A stretch of DNA of 64,000 bases, from positions 71,176,001 through 71,240,000 of the forward strand of contig OX597820.1 of assembly GCA_951406725.2 (NCBI GenBank), in the 5' to 3' direction. The notes below the pieces were generated by a model that made no database searches, was not told the origin of the DNA, and saw nothing but the letters and a program-made list of their open reading frames with translations. Of the stretch, positions 11,854 through 24,976 are shown one piece after another. The stretch is from Octopus vulgaris (taxonomy: Eukaryota). Each line of letters opens with the position of its first letter. The stretch's first letter is position 1. The translations under genes were made by a program, and so were the position numbers.

Positions 11854-12867
11854 GTGTCACATAAAGAGCACTCAGCACACTCTGTAAAGTGGTTGGCATT
11901 AGGAAGGGCATCCAGCTATAAAAACCATGCCAAATCAGACTGGAACCTGGTGCAGCTCTCCTACTTGCCAGCTCTATTCAAACTGTCCATTGCATGCCAG
12001 CATAGAAAACAGATGCTAAATGATGATGAAGGCTATGATAATGATGATGATGGTATATGTATGTATGCATGCACGTATATATACATATACATACATAAAT
12101 GTGTGTGTGTGTGTGTGTGTGTGTGTATGATATAAATATTGGCAAAGGAGCCTATAAGTTGGTGCTTTCAAACAAAAATACTTTATAGTATTTGGTTATT
12201 TGTAGCGCTTGGGTTTTTTTCACAGATGCTGCATTATAAATCTCACCATCGTTCATTATGGTGATCAGCCTCTTGGATCAATGATCAGCCTATTCAAAAT
12301 CTATAATCAACAACAACAGTCTTTACCAAATGCTTGAGATACAATAAAATATAAAACAACACAATTGGGCCAAGATGGTTAAATAGATAAAGTATAAGAT
12401 TACTTACATATTTTGATTCTAAGGGAAATTTATCTTGCTTCCTTCTCATGCTATAAAATAACTGCTAAGCACAGATTATACAAAGGCCAAGATTTAGTTA
12501 ATTTATTTTTTAGCACATAACATTCTAGATATTTGCTGTAGGACATAAAAATGTAATACAGGTGTGATACAGGATTAGAACAACAGAAGAATATTAGGAA
12601 GATCTGATCGGAGGCAATAACTTGTTATCGAGAGAAAAGAACGATATCAGCTTTTTGTTCCAGTTTGGTAATAAACTTGCCAATAAACCACACATAAATA
12701 TCATGGCTGCCTTTTTTAAAACCTAGATCAATCTGTTAAAAATATACCAGCAAACAGGCATGTGTGTATATTTGTGTGTGTGAGTGTGTGTGTGTTTGTA
12801 TGTATGTGAGTGTGTGTGTGCATGCACGTGCGTACATACATATATATATGCATGTATGTGTGTGTGT

Positions 12868-12942
<75 letters not shown>

Positions 12943-12945
<3 letters not shown>

Positions 12946-12961
12946 TATATATATATATATA

Positions 12962-13002
<41 letters not shown>

Positions 13003-13065
13003 ATATATATATGATATATATATATGATATATATATGATATATATATGATATATATATATATATA

Positions 13066-13134
<69 letters not shown>

Positions 13135-13169
13135 ATATATATATGATATATATATATGATATATATATA

Positions 13170-13224
<55 letters not shown>

Positions 13225-13238
13225 ATATGATATATATA

Positions 13239-13316
<78 letters not shown>
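12943..13316. repeat. (TA)n / (TATATATGA)n array
   Basis: Direct reading. Confidence 0.95.
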
Positions 13317-13318
<2 letters not shown>

Positions 13319-13320
<2 letters not shown>

Positions 13321-13532
13321 GCTGCGAGCTGGCAGAAACATTAGCATGCCAGGCGAAATGCTCAGCGGTATTTCGTGTGTTTTTACGTTCTGAGTTCAAA
13401 TTCCACTGAGGTCAACTTTGCCTTTCATCCTTTCAGGGTTGATAAATTAAGTACCAGTTGTGTACTAGGATTGATCTAATCGATTGGCCCCTCCTCAAAA
13501 ATTTCTGGTCTTGTGCCTAGTGTAGAAAAGGA
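13319..13532 (+). mobile_element. Nin/Deu-type SINE (family B), near full length
   Basis: gagctggcagaa A box-like, gagttcaaattcc B box, ctttcatcctttcagggttgataaattaagtaccag central domain. Confidence 0.82.
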
Positions 13533-13700
13533 TACATATGTATGTGTGCATATATAAATTGGTTGGTTGGTTGGTTGGTTGGTTGGATGGGTGGGTGGGT
13601 GCGTGCGTGCGTGCGTTTGGTAGTTGGGTGGGTTTAACAAGTGATGTAAAGCACACTGCTAACACAGTAGAACATGGTGTTGACTTATAAGAACATTTTA

Positions 13701-14898
13701 TCAGGTCATCCCATAAGTTCTGTCCGAATTTTGAATAAAGAAAACAAGTGATCAAATGTTATACTTAATTGAAATTTAATCATCAATGTACTTTCCATGA
13801 TCATCTATGACTTCCTTCCATCTATTTGCAAGATTTTCAATCCCATCAATGCCAAACTCTTTTGGTTTCAAAGTGAAGAACTTGAAAATATCAATTTCGA
13901 CCTTCTCCTGGCTTGTGAAAATTATGTCCCCCAAATGATTCTGTAAACTACGAAACGAATGGTAGTCTGAAGGAGCAAGATCAGGAGAATAAGGTGGATG
14001 AGGAATTTTTTCCCAACCAAGTTCTTCAATCTTCTGTGATGTGATGTTTGCAGTGTGGGATTGCGCATTGTCCTGATGAAACATCATTCTTTTTTGATTC
14101 ACTAATGCAGGTCTTTTTTTCTTTAAAGCTTGGTTCAAACACTCTAATTGCTGACAGTAGACTTGAGCATTGATTGTTGCATTAGATGGTAACAATTCAA
14201 AGTGAATTACTCCTTTGCTATCCCACCAGATAGAGAGAACCTTTTTTCCATAACGTTCCCTTCTTGGTTGTGGTTGAACTTTTTCCCTTTTACCAAGCCA
14301 CTGTTTATGATGTTTAACATTTCGATAGAATGATCCATTTTTTGTCACCAATCACAAGTCTATCCAAAAAGTGTGAAATGAGTTCGCGAGAATGGAGAGA
14401 AAAGTCAACTCGGGATTTGTGGTTGCTTTCAGAATATTCATGAGGCACCAATTTTCCAAGTTTAGGAATCTTTCCAAGTTGTTGCAGATGACGATGAACA
14501 GTGGTATGGTTTGAGCTAAGCTTTATTGTGAATTCTTCAACTGATAATGCAGGATTTTCTTCAAGTAATGCCTCAAGGAGCTTATCATCAAACTCAACTG
14601 ATGTCCTGTTCAATCTTCATCTTCAAGGGTGAAATCTCCACTTCTGAATTTTGCAAACCATCTTCTGTAAGTTCTTTCATTCAAGTATTCTTTCCCATAA
14701 ACTGAGTGTATGTTTTGAGTCACTTGGGCTGCAGAGTTTCCTTTTTTGTACTCATAAAGCATTATGTACCTTAAATGCTCTTTGGATACTTCCATGTTAG
14801 AAAGGATTTTAATCAAAGAAATTTTTATTCTATTATTCTGTAAAATAATATTTGATTTTAAAAAGGTAAAATCGGACAGAACTTATGGGATAAGCTGA
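13701..14898 (-). mobile_element. mariner (DD34D) DNA transposon, decayed
   Basis: TIRs tcaggtcatcccataagttctgtccga / tcggacagaacttatgggataagctga with TA on both sides. Confidence 0.95.
13776..14795 (-). pseudogene. mariner transposase pseudogene
   Basis: MEVSKEHLRYIMLYEY..., LVPHE, GDKKW, HQDNA, YSPDLAPSDYH; split over three frames. Confidence 0.95.
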
Positions 14899-15082
14899 TA
14901 TATACACTATAGTGTAATTATGATTATATAACAAAATACCATGTCTCTATAAGTCATTAATATTTATGTACTAGCTTTCAGTATTGTGTTTAGTATGTAA
15001 AATAAGTATATCCAGTGATGTTACACCGCTGTATTTAATGGCTATTTAAGCAATGTGTTTGTGGATGATTAAGGGGTTAGAA

Positions 15083-15120
15083 GGGTGCTGATGAAGGAGC
15101 GAAATATGGCATATATGCTC
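15083..15120 (+). ncRNA. Degenerate hammerhead motif (stem II collapsed)
   Basis: gggug-CUGAUGA-aggagc-GAAA-uauggcaua-UA^-ugcuc. Confidence 0.4.
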
Positions 15121-16524
15121 ATTACCCTATTTTCATCTTTGATCTCATTGTTTGTCTATATCTGACATCTTGGATACAAAATGCCATAACAAAATTCAAT
15201 GCTGGCTATTATTCCTATAGAATATCTAAGCACCCAGTACACTCTGTAAAGGGGTTGGTGTCAGGAAGGACATCCAACTGTAGAAACCATGCCAAAAAAG
15301 ACAAATGGAGCCTGGACAGCCGTTCAGCTGCTCTGCTTCTGTCAAATCATCCAACCCATGCCAGCATGAAAAACAGATGTTAAATGATGATGATTATGAT
15401 AATGATGATGATAATCTTAACAAACGATGTATGTTCATATTATTTCTCCTTCTTTCATACACACATATATGTATAAACTGATGTGTATAACATAACGTAT
15501 ATAAACAAATGCAGAATGGTGAAAACTGTAATATTTTGTTTCAGAGAAAATTCTCTTTAGGGATTTTAGTGTAACAAACACAGAACTCACTCAGAATGAC
15601 ATCAGTGCTTCATTAGACACAGGTGTTTTGGTCTGATTTGGTCTGATTTGACTTCCTTAATGACAAACACCTCTAGACCTTATGAGCTAAGTTGGAATTT
15701 TCTTTCCAATATAGAACAAGGAGCCATCTAATCATAGCTAGAAGAAAAAAGAGGAAACAGTTTCACAAAAAAACTTTTAAGTAAATAAACATCTGGTAAA
15801 AACACCTTTGGAGACTTTAAATAAACAGGATATGAATTAACTGAGCCAAAATGAGGAAATCATGTTAAAAATACAACACTAAACCATGACTAGATAAACA
15901 GTGAAACCTCAAAATAAGCAAAGCAATATAAAAATAAATGACAGTGAAAATGACTAATAAAAATATAGCACAAATAGTGCATTAACAAATAACATGACAA
16001 CAATCCAAGACAATGTTCTAAAGAACTACCACACACACAAAAAAAGCAAACAATATTTGAAAGCAAATAAGGAAACGCTGTAGTCAATGTAATAATTAAA
16101 AACATTGTCTTTAACACCTCTAAAACAATAACACAACAAAAGAGTGAAAAGCAACTAATGAAATAGATAATCAAAGACATGGTAACTATTTCAATATTCT
16201 GTGTTCTAACACTCATCCACTTTTAAGCTGGGAAAAATATTGCCTCTTGGCATTTTAATACTGCTTCAGTCACTAATAATTATTTTTAATAAACATACTG
16301 GCTATTCACAACATCAGTGCCTATTAAGGCTCTGTGATTCTGTGTATATCACTAGCAGAGATATCGCTGCTATCTCCAGCATCTAAGCATCTACCATTGA
16401 CAAGGCAAAAGAAGGCTGGATTCAAGTGATCAGGTGATCTCAGTGGTGGCAATAGTGGGTGATTTATCACAGTATCTTGTGTTCTAACACATAATCCACT
16501 TTTAAGTGGTGATAAATATTACAT

Positions 16525-16886
16525 ATTACCTCTGCCTTACCCAAAGGCAGAGGTATTGTTTACAGTTGTGTTTGTTTGTCCGTGAACAAGATATCTCAAG
16601 AATTGCTGGATGGATTTGGATGAAACTTTCAGAGAGGTTTGGCCTCTTGACTGGCACAAATTGATTAGATTCTGAGATCAATCTGGTACTGGACAAGGAT
16701 TCTGGATTTTTTTAATGGCTTTTTTTACTTAAGTTTTTAGAGCAGCCAGGTTCATCTTTAGTATCCTTGTTTGTGAGAGTAGTCAAGTTTATTTCAGATA
16801 TTCTCATTTTAAAAATCATCTCTGGTTAATCGTTGAGAAGACATTGGTATTGCCTTGGCGAAGGTTTGCACTCTCTGAGTACTCTT
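16525..16886 (+). mobile_element. HINE/DINE-1-like element (same family as 6607)
   Basis: attacctctgccttacccaaaggcagaggta hairpin; gccttggcgaaggtttgcactctctgagtac end; colinear with 6607-6967. Confidence 0.75.
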
Positions 16887-17280
16887 GATGGCATTATTAT
16901 TACTTTTCTCACCAATAATTGCTTTAATGCATATAAAAAGTGTATGTGGAGTGAAAAAAAAACCCAAACAAAATCCAGTACTTTCCAACTTCTTCTGTGG
17001 TAGATTACAGCAGTATGAAATATGAGGCTTGAGATAAGGAAAAATTCAGTTAAGATAAGGAAAGTACTCACATGAGTAAAGTACTCTCTTTCTCTTTCAT
17101 TGAAAAACTAAAACATTTGAATAAACAAGCATTGGTGTGTAGTTAAAAAGCTTGCTTTGCAAATACGTGGTTTGAGGTTCAGTCCCATTGGCAAATATGT
17201 TCAGCTGTAGCCCTTGGCTGCCCTATGTCTTGTGTATGAGTTTGGAAGATGGAAACTGTGAAGATGCCCATCATATATAT

Positions 17281-17339
<59 letters not shown>

Positions 17340-17388
17340 TGTGTGTGGTGTGTGTATACATATATATATATATATATATTTATATATA

Positions 17389-17438
<50 letters not shown>

Positions 17439-17454
17439 TATTTATATATATATA

Positions 17455-17660
17455 CTAGCAGAGATACCTGCCGTTGCCCGTGTTACATACAATTGAAGAA
17501 TTAGACTTTTCTGTTATATTTTCTGTAATGAACTGGAATATCTATGTTTCGATTTTCATCAAAATTGCAGATTATTTCCCTCTTTACACATCCCCCCAAA
17601 ATTGTAATCGAGTGACATGTATCCCATACTACTGATTTTTATGCGCATATTCCAAAATTC
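17455..17660 (-). mobile_element. Helitron 3' end (CTAG plus GC-rich hairpin)
   Basis: a|ctagcagagatacctgccgttgcccg resembles the terminus of the complete Helitron at 34150. Confidence 0.55.
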
Positions 17661-18371
17661 CAGTCTTATTGAACCTGTTAAAAAGATTTTGCTCCTGAAA
17701 AATGAAGGTCATGGAGCTCTAAAATGTGAGAGTTAAGGCTCCTGTTGGGAGTGGGCATCCTAATGTCAACCAGAGAAGTTGAATTGTTGAGAATCTTTTT
17801 AACTTGGGTCTTATATCTATTGTTTGAATTTCTTTTAAATAGGAAATATATGTTCACTGGGTTTGTAAAAGAGAACAAAGCTACAGGAAATCAAAAGACC
17901 ACAATAAGCAGTCAGTTACCCTACCCTAGTCGTTACCACTCCCAATGTAGGATTCCTCGCCATCCAGGTGACAGGCACAGCTGTAAGATGCATTATGAAT
18001 CTATAGCAATTGGAAGGGTGTGACCCAACTGAAATATACATTAACAACTGTGTGACCTGAAGGCTAAGGAGAAATGAAAGTGTCACCTCTGGAGTTTGCA
18101 AATGACCACTATACTGATACATAACTGGACAGAATAAATTTACAATTTATAAATGTCTTTAAATAACCAGTCACTCATCTGGGAAGGCCTTGAAATCAAA
18201 GTTACCATCTGGAGACTATGTGTGACCGAGTGATAATAAAAAGACTGGAAGGAGGTCTGCAATCAAATAACTTTACTCAACACTTTGCAACTGAATCAAT
18301 GGAGGCAAAGATGCCTCTCATTTACTTGACAATTTATGCACCACATTGCAGAAATCAAAATGTCTGACACT

Positions 18372-18686
18372 GAGGGTTCCAGTCGACCTGATCAACAGAA
18401 CAGCCTGCTCATGAAATTAACAAACAAGTGGCTGAACACTCCATAAATACATGTACTTTAAAAGTACATATGTATTTATGTAGTTCTCAGGGAGATTCAG
18501 TGTGACACAGAATGTGATATAGCTGGCCGTTTGAAAGACAAGTACTTCTCATTTTTGCCAGCTGAGTGGATTGGAGCAACATGAAATAAAGTGTCTTATT
18601 CAAGGACATAAGATGCTGCCAGGAATTGAACTCATGACCTTACAATTGTGAGCTGAATACTCTAACCACAAACCCATGAGCCTTCA
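18372..18686 (-). mobile_element. tRNA-derived SINE (family C)
   Basis: Minus-strand head ...gtggttagagtattcagctcac...gagttcaattcctgg; central gagcaacatgaaataaagtgtct shared with the 21262 and 54624 copies. Confidence 0.75.
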
Positions 18687-19270
18687 ACTGCACATATATA
18701 AAGGCTTGCTTAAATACATGACTTGAAAGAGTCTATCAACTAATATAAGTTTGTGTTGCTTATACTGTATCATAGCAGCTTGTTCAGTTAATAATGAGAG
18801 GATATATAAATTTTCCAGAGCTAATTAGTAAGGTAAGATTAATTGTTGAGTTTTTGCCTTCTTCATTAACAGTTCTGTGAGAGTGAAGTAGGGTTACATG
18901 CTACATAAAAGGATTAGTTTTAGATGACTTAACATAAGGAGAATATATTTTATAGCCTTACTAGACAATCCTTGTTGGTTTATTTGATTTGTGGTTAGAA
19001 GGAGTTGATTTGATTAGATGTAAAGTTTGCAAAATGAATGCATCTAAATGGGTGAAGTGTGGATAGAAATATTTGAGGATGTCTAGTGTGTACCTACAAG
19101 TTCTGTGTGTATATGTATAAGTGTGCGTGTGTGTGTGTATGTTTCTCTGTGTGTGTGAGTGTTTGTGTGCTTGTGTAAGTGAATGTGTTTGTGTAAACAT
19201 TCACTTAAAGGCTGTGTTTGTTTATATTTAAGTATATATAGTCATACATACAGAAATATATATATATACA

Positions 19271-19665
19271 TTTTTAACCACTCTACAAATTCGATATATA
19301 CTCAACAAATACAGTAGTTAATTCTATGCTGGAGTCCCTAATTTGCATACCAAAAATTTTTAACCGCTCTATAAACTCTATATATACTCAACAAATACAG
19401 CAGTTAATTCTATGCTGGAGTCCCTAATTTGCATACCGAAAATTTTTAACCGCTCTATAAACTCTATATATATTCAACAAATACAGTAGTTAATTCTATG
19501 CAGGAGTCCCTAATTTGCTTACCAAAAATTTTTAACCGCTCTATAAACTCTATATATACTCAACAAATACAGTATCTAATTCTATGCTGGAGTTCCTAAT
19601 TTGCATACCGAAAATTTTTAACTGCTCTATAAACTCTATATATACTCAACAAATTCAGCAGTTAA
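19271..19665. repeat. 86-bp tandem repeat, about 4.6 copies
   Basis: tttttaac starts at 19271, 19357, 19443, 19529 and 19615. Confidence 0.96.
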
Positions 19666-19667
19666 TG

Positions 19668-20203
19668 ACTGGTGACCAAGACTTTTGGCGATGTACTGTG
19701 CTTGAGAGGACCCATCAGGACAAGTGCACCTGTGCTGGTGGCACGTAAAGAAAATCTTTTTGAACGTTGGGCCTCATGGAGGCAAAGTGGCAGTTCCTTT
19801 AGAGTGCTGGGAATGACAGGCAAAATGGCTGATTTCCTTTTGAGCATTGGACCTCAGAGAGGAAAGGTAGCTGAGTTCTTTTCGAATGTTGGGCCTCATG
19901 GAGGCAAAGTGGCTGAGTTCCTTTCAAGTGTTGGGCCTCACAAAGGCAATGATCAAAATCTTTGGCAAAATCGCAGTTGTGGCAGATACCGGTATCTTGC
20001 AAATTGGCACCCATGCTGGTGGCATGTAAAAGCACCCATTACACTCTCAGACTGGTTGGCATTAGGAATGGTATCCAGCTGTAGAAAACCATGCCAAAGC
20101 AGACTGGAGTCTGGTACAGCATTCCAGCCCAGTCAAACTGTCCAACCTATGCCAGCATGGACAATGGATATCAGATAATGATGATGATGGTGATGATGAT
20201 GAT
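19668..20203 (+). mobile_element. RTE 3' UTR copy with internal ~45-bp repeats and (GAT)n tail
   Basis: Repeated gttgggcctcatggaggcaaagtggc; standard RTE tail. Confidence 0.75.
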
Positions 20204-20539
20204 ACATATATATATATATATATATATATATGAGCAAAACACGCCCCCCCCCCCGTCCAATGGATGGTGCTGAATCATATCTGCTGAATAAAAAGCAATC
20301 AGTGTTTTCTTTTCATTAAAAAATAATTAAGCATGCCTTTATTTCAATAAAATTTTGGTTTTGTTAAACGAAGTTAAGGTAAAAAAAAAATTCTTGAGAA
20401 ACCAAATAGTCTTTCCTTCCTTCATGCAGTTTGAGGAAAATATCTCTTTTGCATCTTACTTTTTTGGTCTCTTAAATATACTGCATTTTGTGGCATTATT
20501 TCTAGCCAGCCAGCTTTTTTTGCGCAAACTGCAGGTGCA

Positions 20540-20760
20540 TTTTTCTCGCATACACGTAGTATCAATCGCAACAGCTGATGTACTTGCATGTACAAATGCT
20601 CGTTCCCATGGCTTTATCGATCGCATTCTCACCTGGAATCGATTTTTATCATTGATACTGTCAGTATCTACATATCAAATCTGAGTGCAATCGGATGGAG
20701 GATGCCCGAGATCCTAGAAGACACACACACACACAGACAGAATGGATTTTATATAATATA
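20540..20760 (-). mobile_element. Helitron-like 5' end
   Basis: aaatctgagtgcaatcgg...acacacacagacagaatggattttatata has the same layout as 34420-34527. Confidence 0.5.
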
Positions 20761-20796
20761 TATATATCTATATATATATATATGTATGTATGTATA

Positions 20797-20848
<52 letters not shown>

Positions 20849-20969
20849 CATGTATATATATATATACATGTATATATATATATGTATATATATATAAATA
20901 TATATATATGTGTGTATATATATATGTGTGTGTGTGTGTATGTGTGTGTATGTATATATGTATGTCAAT

Positions 20970-21180
20970 ATGTAACCATGTGTGTATCGTTGGCGATTTT
21001 GTTTCCTCCGTCCTACCTTCCTCGGATCTTTCCTTTCCCTATGTTTCTGATGAAGAGCTCCGCTCGAAACGTTAAACCCTCCTTCTTTCTTTCCTTTCCT
21101 GAGCTTCCAATAACACTATACTTGTTCCACATCCTCGCGTTGTTGTGTTTTCTCTTTGTGTTTTCATGTTTGGATTAACT
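20970..21180 (+). mobile_element. Penelope-like pLTR fragment in TA/TG array
   Basis: Pyrimidine-rich segment with a hammerhead core, bounded by microsatellites. Confidence 0.7.
21043..21077 (+). ncRNA. Minimal type I hammerhead candidate
   Basis: guuu-CUGAUGA-a-gagc ucc gcuc-GAAA-cg-UU^-aaac; stem III reduced to the ACGU palindrome. Confidence 0.68.
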
Positions 21181-21261
21181 TTACATATGTAAGTATATAT
21201 ATATATGTGTCTGTGTGTATATATATATATATATATTTATATATGTATGTATGTTCATATA

Positions 21262-21593
21262 AAGGTAAAGACCCAACTCAGTCATGAATGACCATGGGCC
21301 ATAGGATTGCACCTAGAAAGTTCCCTTCCAAGGCACAAGTCTGGGTTGTTTATGGAAGACAATCAATTACCCATACATACCAGCCTCCCTTCTCCACACC
21401 ACCGATATTATGCAAGGGAAAAGCAAAGGCGAATACAGCTTGGCACCAGTGATGACACAGCTCATTTCTACACCTGAGTGAACTGGAGTAACATGAAATA
21501 AAGTGTCTCGCTCAAGAACACAGCACACAGCCCAGACCAGAATTCACACTTATTACCTCATGATTGATCTTACCACTGAGCCATGTGTCTTCA
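21262..21593 (-). mobile_element. tRNA-derived SINE (family C-like body, different tail)
   Basis: gagtgaactggagtaacatgaaataaagtgtc domain; head gtgaagacacatggctcagtggtaag on the minus strand. Confidence 0.7.
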
Positions 21594-21611
21594 CAAGTAT
21601 AATACTATTTG

Positions 21612-21840
21612 AGTGTGGCTGTTGCCAGTACCGCCTGACTGGCCCTCATGCCGTGGCACGTAAAATCACCCACTACACTCTCGGAGTGGTTGGCATTAGG
21701 AACGGCATCCAGCTGTAGAAACTCTGTCTGATCAGATTGGAGCCTGGTGCAGCCATCTGGTTTTCCAGTCCTCAGTCAGATCATCCAACTCATGCTAGCA
21801 TGGAAAGCGGACATTAAACGATAATGATGATGATGATGAT
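21612..21840 (+). mobile_element. RTE 3'-end copy
   Basis: cactacactctcggagtggttggcattaggaac...gctagcatggaaagcggacattaaacgat(GAT)n. Confidence 0.8.
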
Positions 21841-21927
21841 ATATGTGTGTGTGTGTTTACATACTCCAGCATAGTTACAGTCAAATGATTGAAATAGGTC
21901 AAAAGAATAGAAAAGAATACATGCACA

Positions 21928-21961
<34 letters not shown>

Positions 21962-21964
<3 letters not shown>

Positions 21965-22010
21965 TAGTACCTTGGGTTTCGAACACCTCTGATCACGAAT
22001 AAATTGTGCC

Positions 22011-22069
<59 letters not shown>

Positions 22070-22119
22070 AAGCATGAGTTATTCATGATCAGAGGTGTTC
22101 GTAAACTGAGGTACTGCTG
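21962..22119. mobile_element. TA-flanked MITE (pogo/Tigger-like ends) with (TA)n interior
   Basis: About 40-bp TIRs cagtagtaccttgggtttcgaacacctctgatcacgaataa / ttattcatgatcagaggtgttcgtaaactgaggtactgctg. Confidence 0.8.
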
Positions 22120-23279
22120 TATATATATATAAAACACCATCAGATAGGCTTAACTGCAATGGTAACAAGAGAAATTCCTTTTCTGGATTTGATACTGCTG
22201 TGTCACGATTCTTTACTTTATCTTTTTTTCATCATCAAAGTAATTCCTGTATGCATTCTCAGAGGAGGATACAAACTCATGAATGATGTGTCACCAGGCT
22301 TCAGGATTAGAAGATTTAACAAACCACTACCATAGGTCAATGTGACAGGCACCAAGAGATTTCTTCAGGGAGTCCTTTTAACTTTTTATTAACATCCCTC
22401 TATCACTGTGGTGCATTCACTATGCAGCATTTGAGTCTTGAGCAGTCATTGATCCTCCATCTTTGAAAAATGCTCTTTCTAATACAATTTTAACAGTCTG
22501 GTCATCATGCTGTTGACCTCTGCCTGTTCAAGAACTTTGAAACTGAATACTTTGTATAATCTGTATTATTAGTAATTTAACCTAATTATATTGGCCTTCT
22601 TCTCAGTGGTGTAGTTAGAGTATGTGCCAGCAGCTCTTTAGTTTGCTGCAACTGCCTCATCTTCCATTTCCTATACAGGCTTATACAGCCGACCCAAAAG
22701 TACCGCACACTTAAAAGCACCACCAGAGGCAGACTTCTCTCCACTGCCATCGTCCCTATTGCTCCCCCATCGTCCCATATCACCCCATATTGCTCCTCTT
22801 CTAACCATCTCCTTCCCATCATTGCACATGCTCTCCACTGCCTGACCCACAGTCCCCATCACTCCCCTCACATTCATATGCTTTCCATTGCCTCCCCATC
22901 ACCATCCTACATGCCCCTGTCATCACCCCATCACTCCTGTCATCCACCCCTGTTGCCCACCTGCACCTTTGGTTAAGCTACTGCTTATTTTTTGCTTTGT
23001 TTATAAATATCTACTTTATTTGTTCCTTTATAAATATTAGAAGATATGTTGAGTTTGATTCACTTCCAGTTGACATCACTTGAGGAACTGTATAAATATG
23101 TATCCACAGAAACATGATTTTACTGCAGAGACTTACCTGTGTGAATATTCACACAGGTATAAAATGTCACTCGTGAAATTCCAGTTGAAAACAGCATCTA
23201 GATTCTCCTCCATAATGAAACCTGATAAAAACAAAAACAAAAACATATAGAATAAAACAAATGCAAGTCAATAACAGAT

Positions 23280-24100
23280 ATTCAAAATAGGTTGGCAAGC
23301 CAAGCAGGTGAACAATAATAATAAACAAATTCACAGCAATAAATACAACTGATACTATATTCAATAAAACAAACCGCACATAAAGTTTATTGCAGCAATC
23401 AAAATGCACCTTTACTCAACAATATATGAACATATTATTAAATAAAATCAAGAACAGAACACATGTATAATACTCAATTCTAAACTAATGTTGATAATAA
23501 ATTACAAAAACTCTGGAATAAAATATTTTCTCACCAGCACAAAACCAATACTTGGAAGCTGCTGAACAAATTTCATTTGACCAATGTTATCCATGAATTT
23601 GTGTGCAAATATGAGATTAGCAAACCTCATGATACAAACAGATATATTGCTCAAGCAAATATAATTTAACACACATTTACACTAAGGAGCTATTGTAATA
23701 TATTATTTACAGAGCTTAAGATGAAGCTAAGTAGGAAAACATTAGCCAACAACACAACCATCCTAGTAAACAGGAGAGAGAAACCTTTTGAGAAACAATA
23801 ACAAATTGCATGAATATAAGGACCTGTTGGGGTGAATGAATATTGAGTAAAACAAGGAATGTTAAGATTAATCTATTTAAAAAGAAAATTATTTTTATAT
23901 TTATTGCCATATATATACAGGTGAAAAATGCGGAGGAGATTCCATGTGGTGGTAAATATAAAATAAGATTTCAGGTGTAAAAGCACAGAAATATTGCTTG
24001 TGTATGATTAGCTAAGCGAAACCAGTCAACTCTGTACATTTTGTAATGGATTTAATAATCTTTATCTACACAAACAAGATTTTTGTGCTTTTTCACTTTA
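23280..24100 (+). mobile_element. Old Penelope-like 3' remnant
   Basis: LTNVIHEFVCKYE...RYIAQ GIY-YIG-like trace at about 23580-23660; decayed hammerhead 3' half gcGAAAccagUC at about 24017-24028. Confidence 0.45.
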
Positions 24101-24369
24101 AATCCAATTTTATTCCAGCCCGTGCTCCGTCCAACCCATGCTAGTGCGGAAAACGGACGTTAAACGATGATGATGATATATATATATATATATATATACA
24201 CACCATTCTATTTTTAATAAATCATCCTTGAAACTTGCCTGTTCCATGCTGTGAAACTTAGGATTGATCATTGCTACAAACAAAAGACTTAAACTATGAA
24301 ATAAGGTTGATGGTAATGGTAGTAAAGTGGGACATAATAATGAAATGGATGGTCCCATGAAAAAAATAA

Positions 24370-24880
24370 AAAAATGTTGTAACTGTCGTTTCTGGAGTGC
24401 CTGCCTTTTAGATGGTCAGTGCTTATACAATAATGTAGAGTATAAATGTAAGGTAAGCACCCTAAAAGAGCCTTAAAAATGTGTATATTGGGAGTACCAC
24501 GAATTTTGAAGTCAGATATAGAGCACACGTAAATTCATTCATAAATGAGGAGTCAAAAAATTCAACTGCCTTGGCCATTTATATTAACAAATTAAAAAAA
24601 GTAGCTATAAGACATTCTCCCCAAAATGGCAAGTATAATTATACTAATGTGTCCATTTGTTCTAATTTAATTAAATTCTATGTCTTTGTGCAGCTGAAGA
24701 TTGCTCTGCATTTTAAATTGATGTAATGATTGCATTGTTCAATTAAATGGAGTTGCATGAAACGATTGTACCTCTTTATCTTTGGATATCCTTGTTGCTT
24801 ATTTTGATTTTAATCACCTTACTTTGAAATTGTAATTCTGAAATTTTGGTGCCTCAACTTAAGTACCATATTCATCTGAA

Positions 24881-24882
<2 letters not shown>
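24370..24882 (+). mobile_element. Penelope-like element 3' part: GIY-YIG endonuclease pseudogene and pLTR end
   Basis: CCNCRFWSACLLDGQCLYNNVEYKCKV / VYIGSTTNFEVRYRAHVNSF...STALAIYINKLK; 3' end homologous to 53980-54095; ends in (TA)n. Confidence 0.8.

Positions 24883-24971
<89 letters not shown>

Positions 24972-24976
<5 letters not shown>

Noticed and set aside
12869-12942. About 70-nt poly-T as a retrocopy tail
   Set aside because: Sits between (TG)n and (TA)n with no attached element or TSD; may be a sequencing artefact.
13776-14795. SETMAR-like host gene
   Set aside because: No SET domain; bounded by TIRs and TA; frameshifted transposase only.
19271-19665. CRISPR array
   Set aside because: Whole 86-bp units repeat head to tail with no variable spacers.
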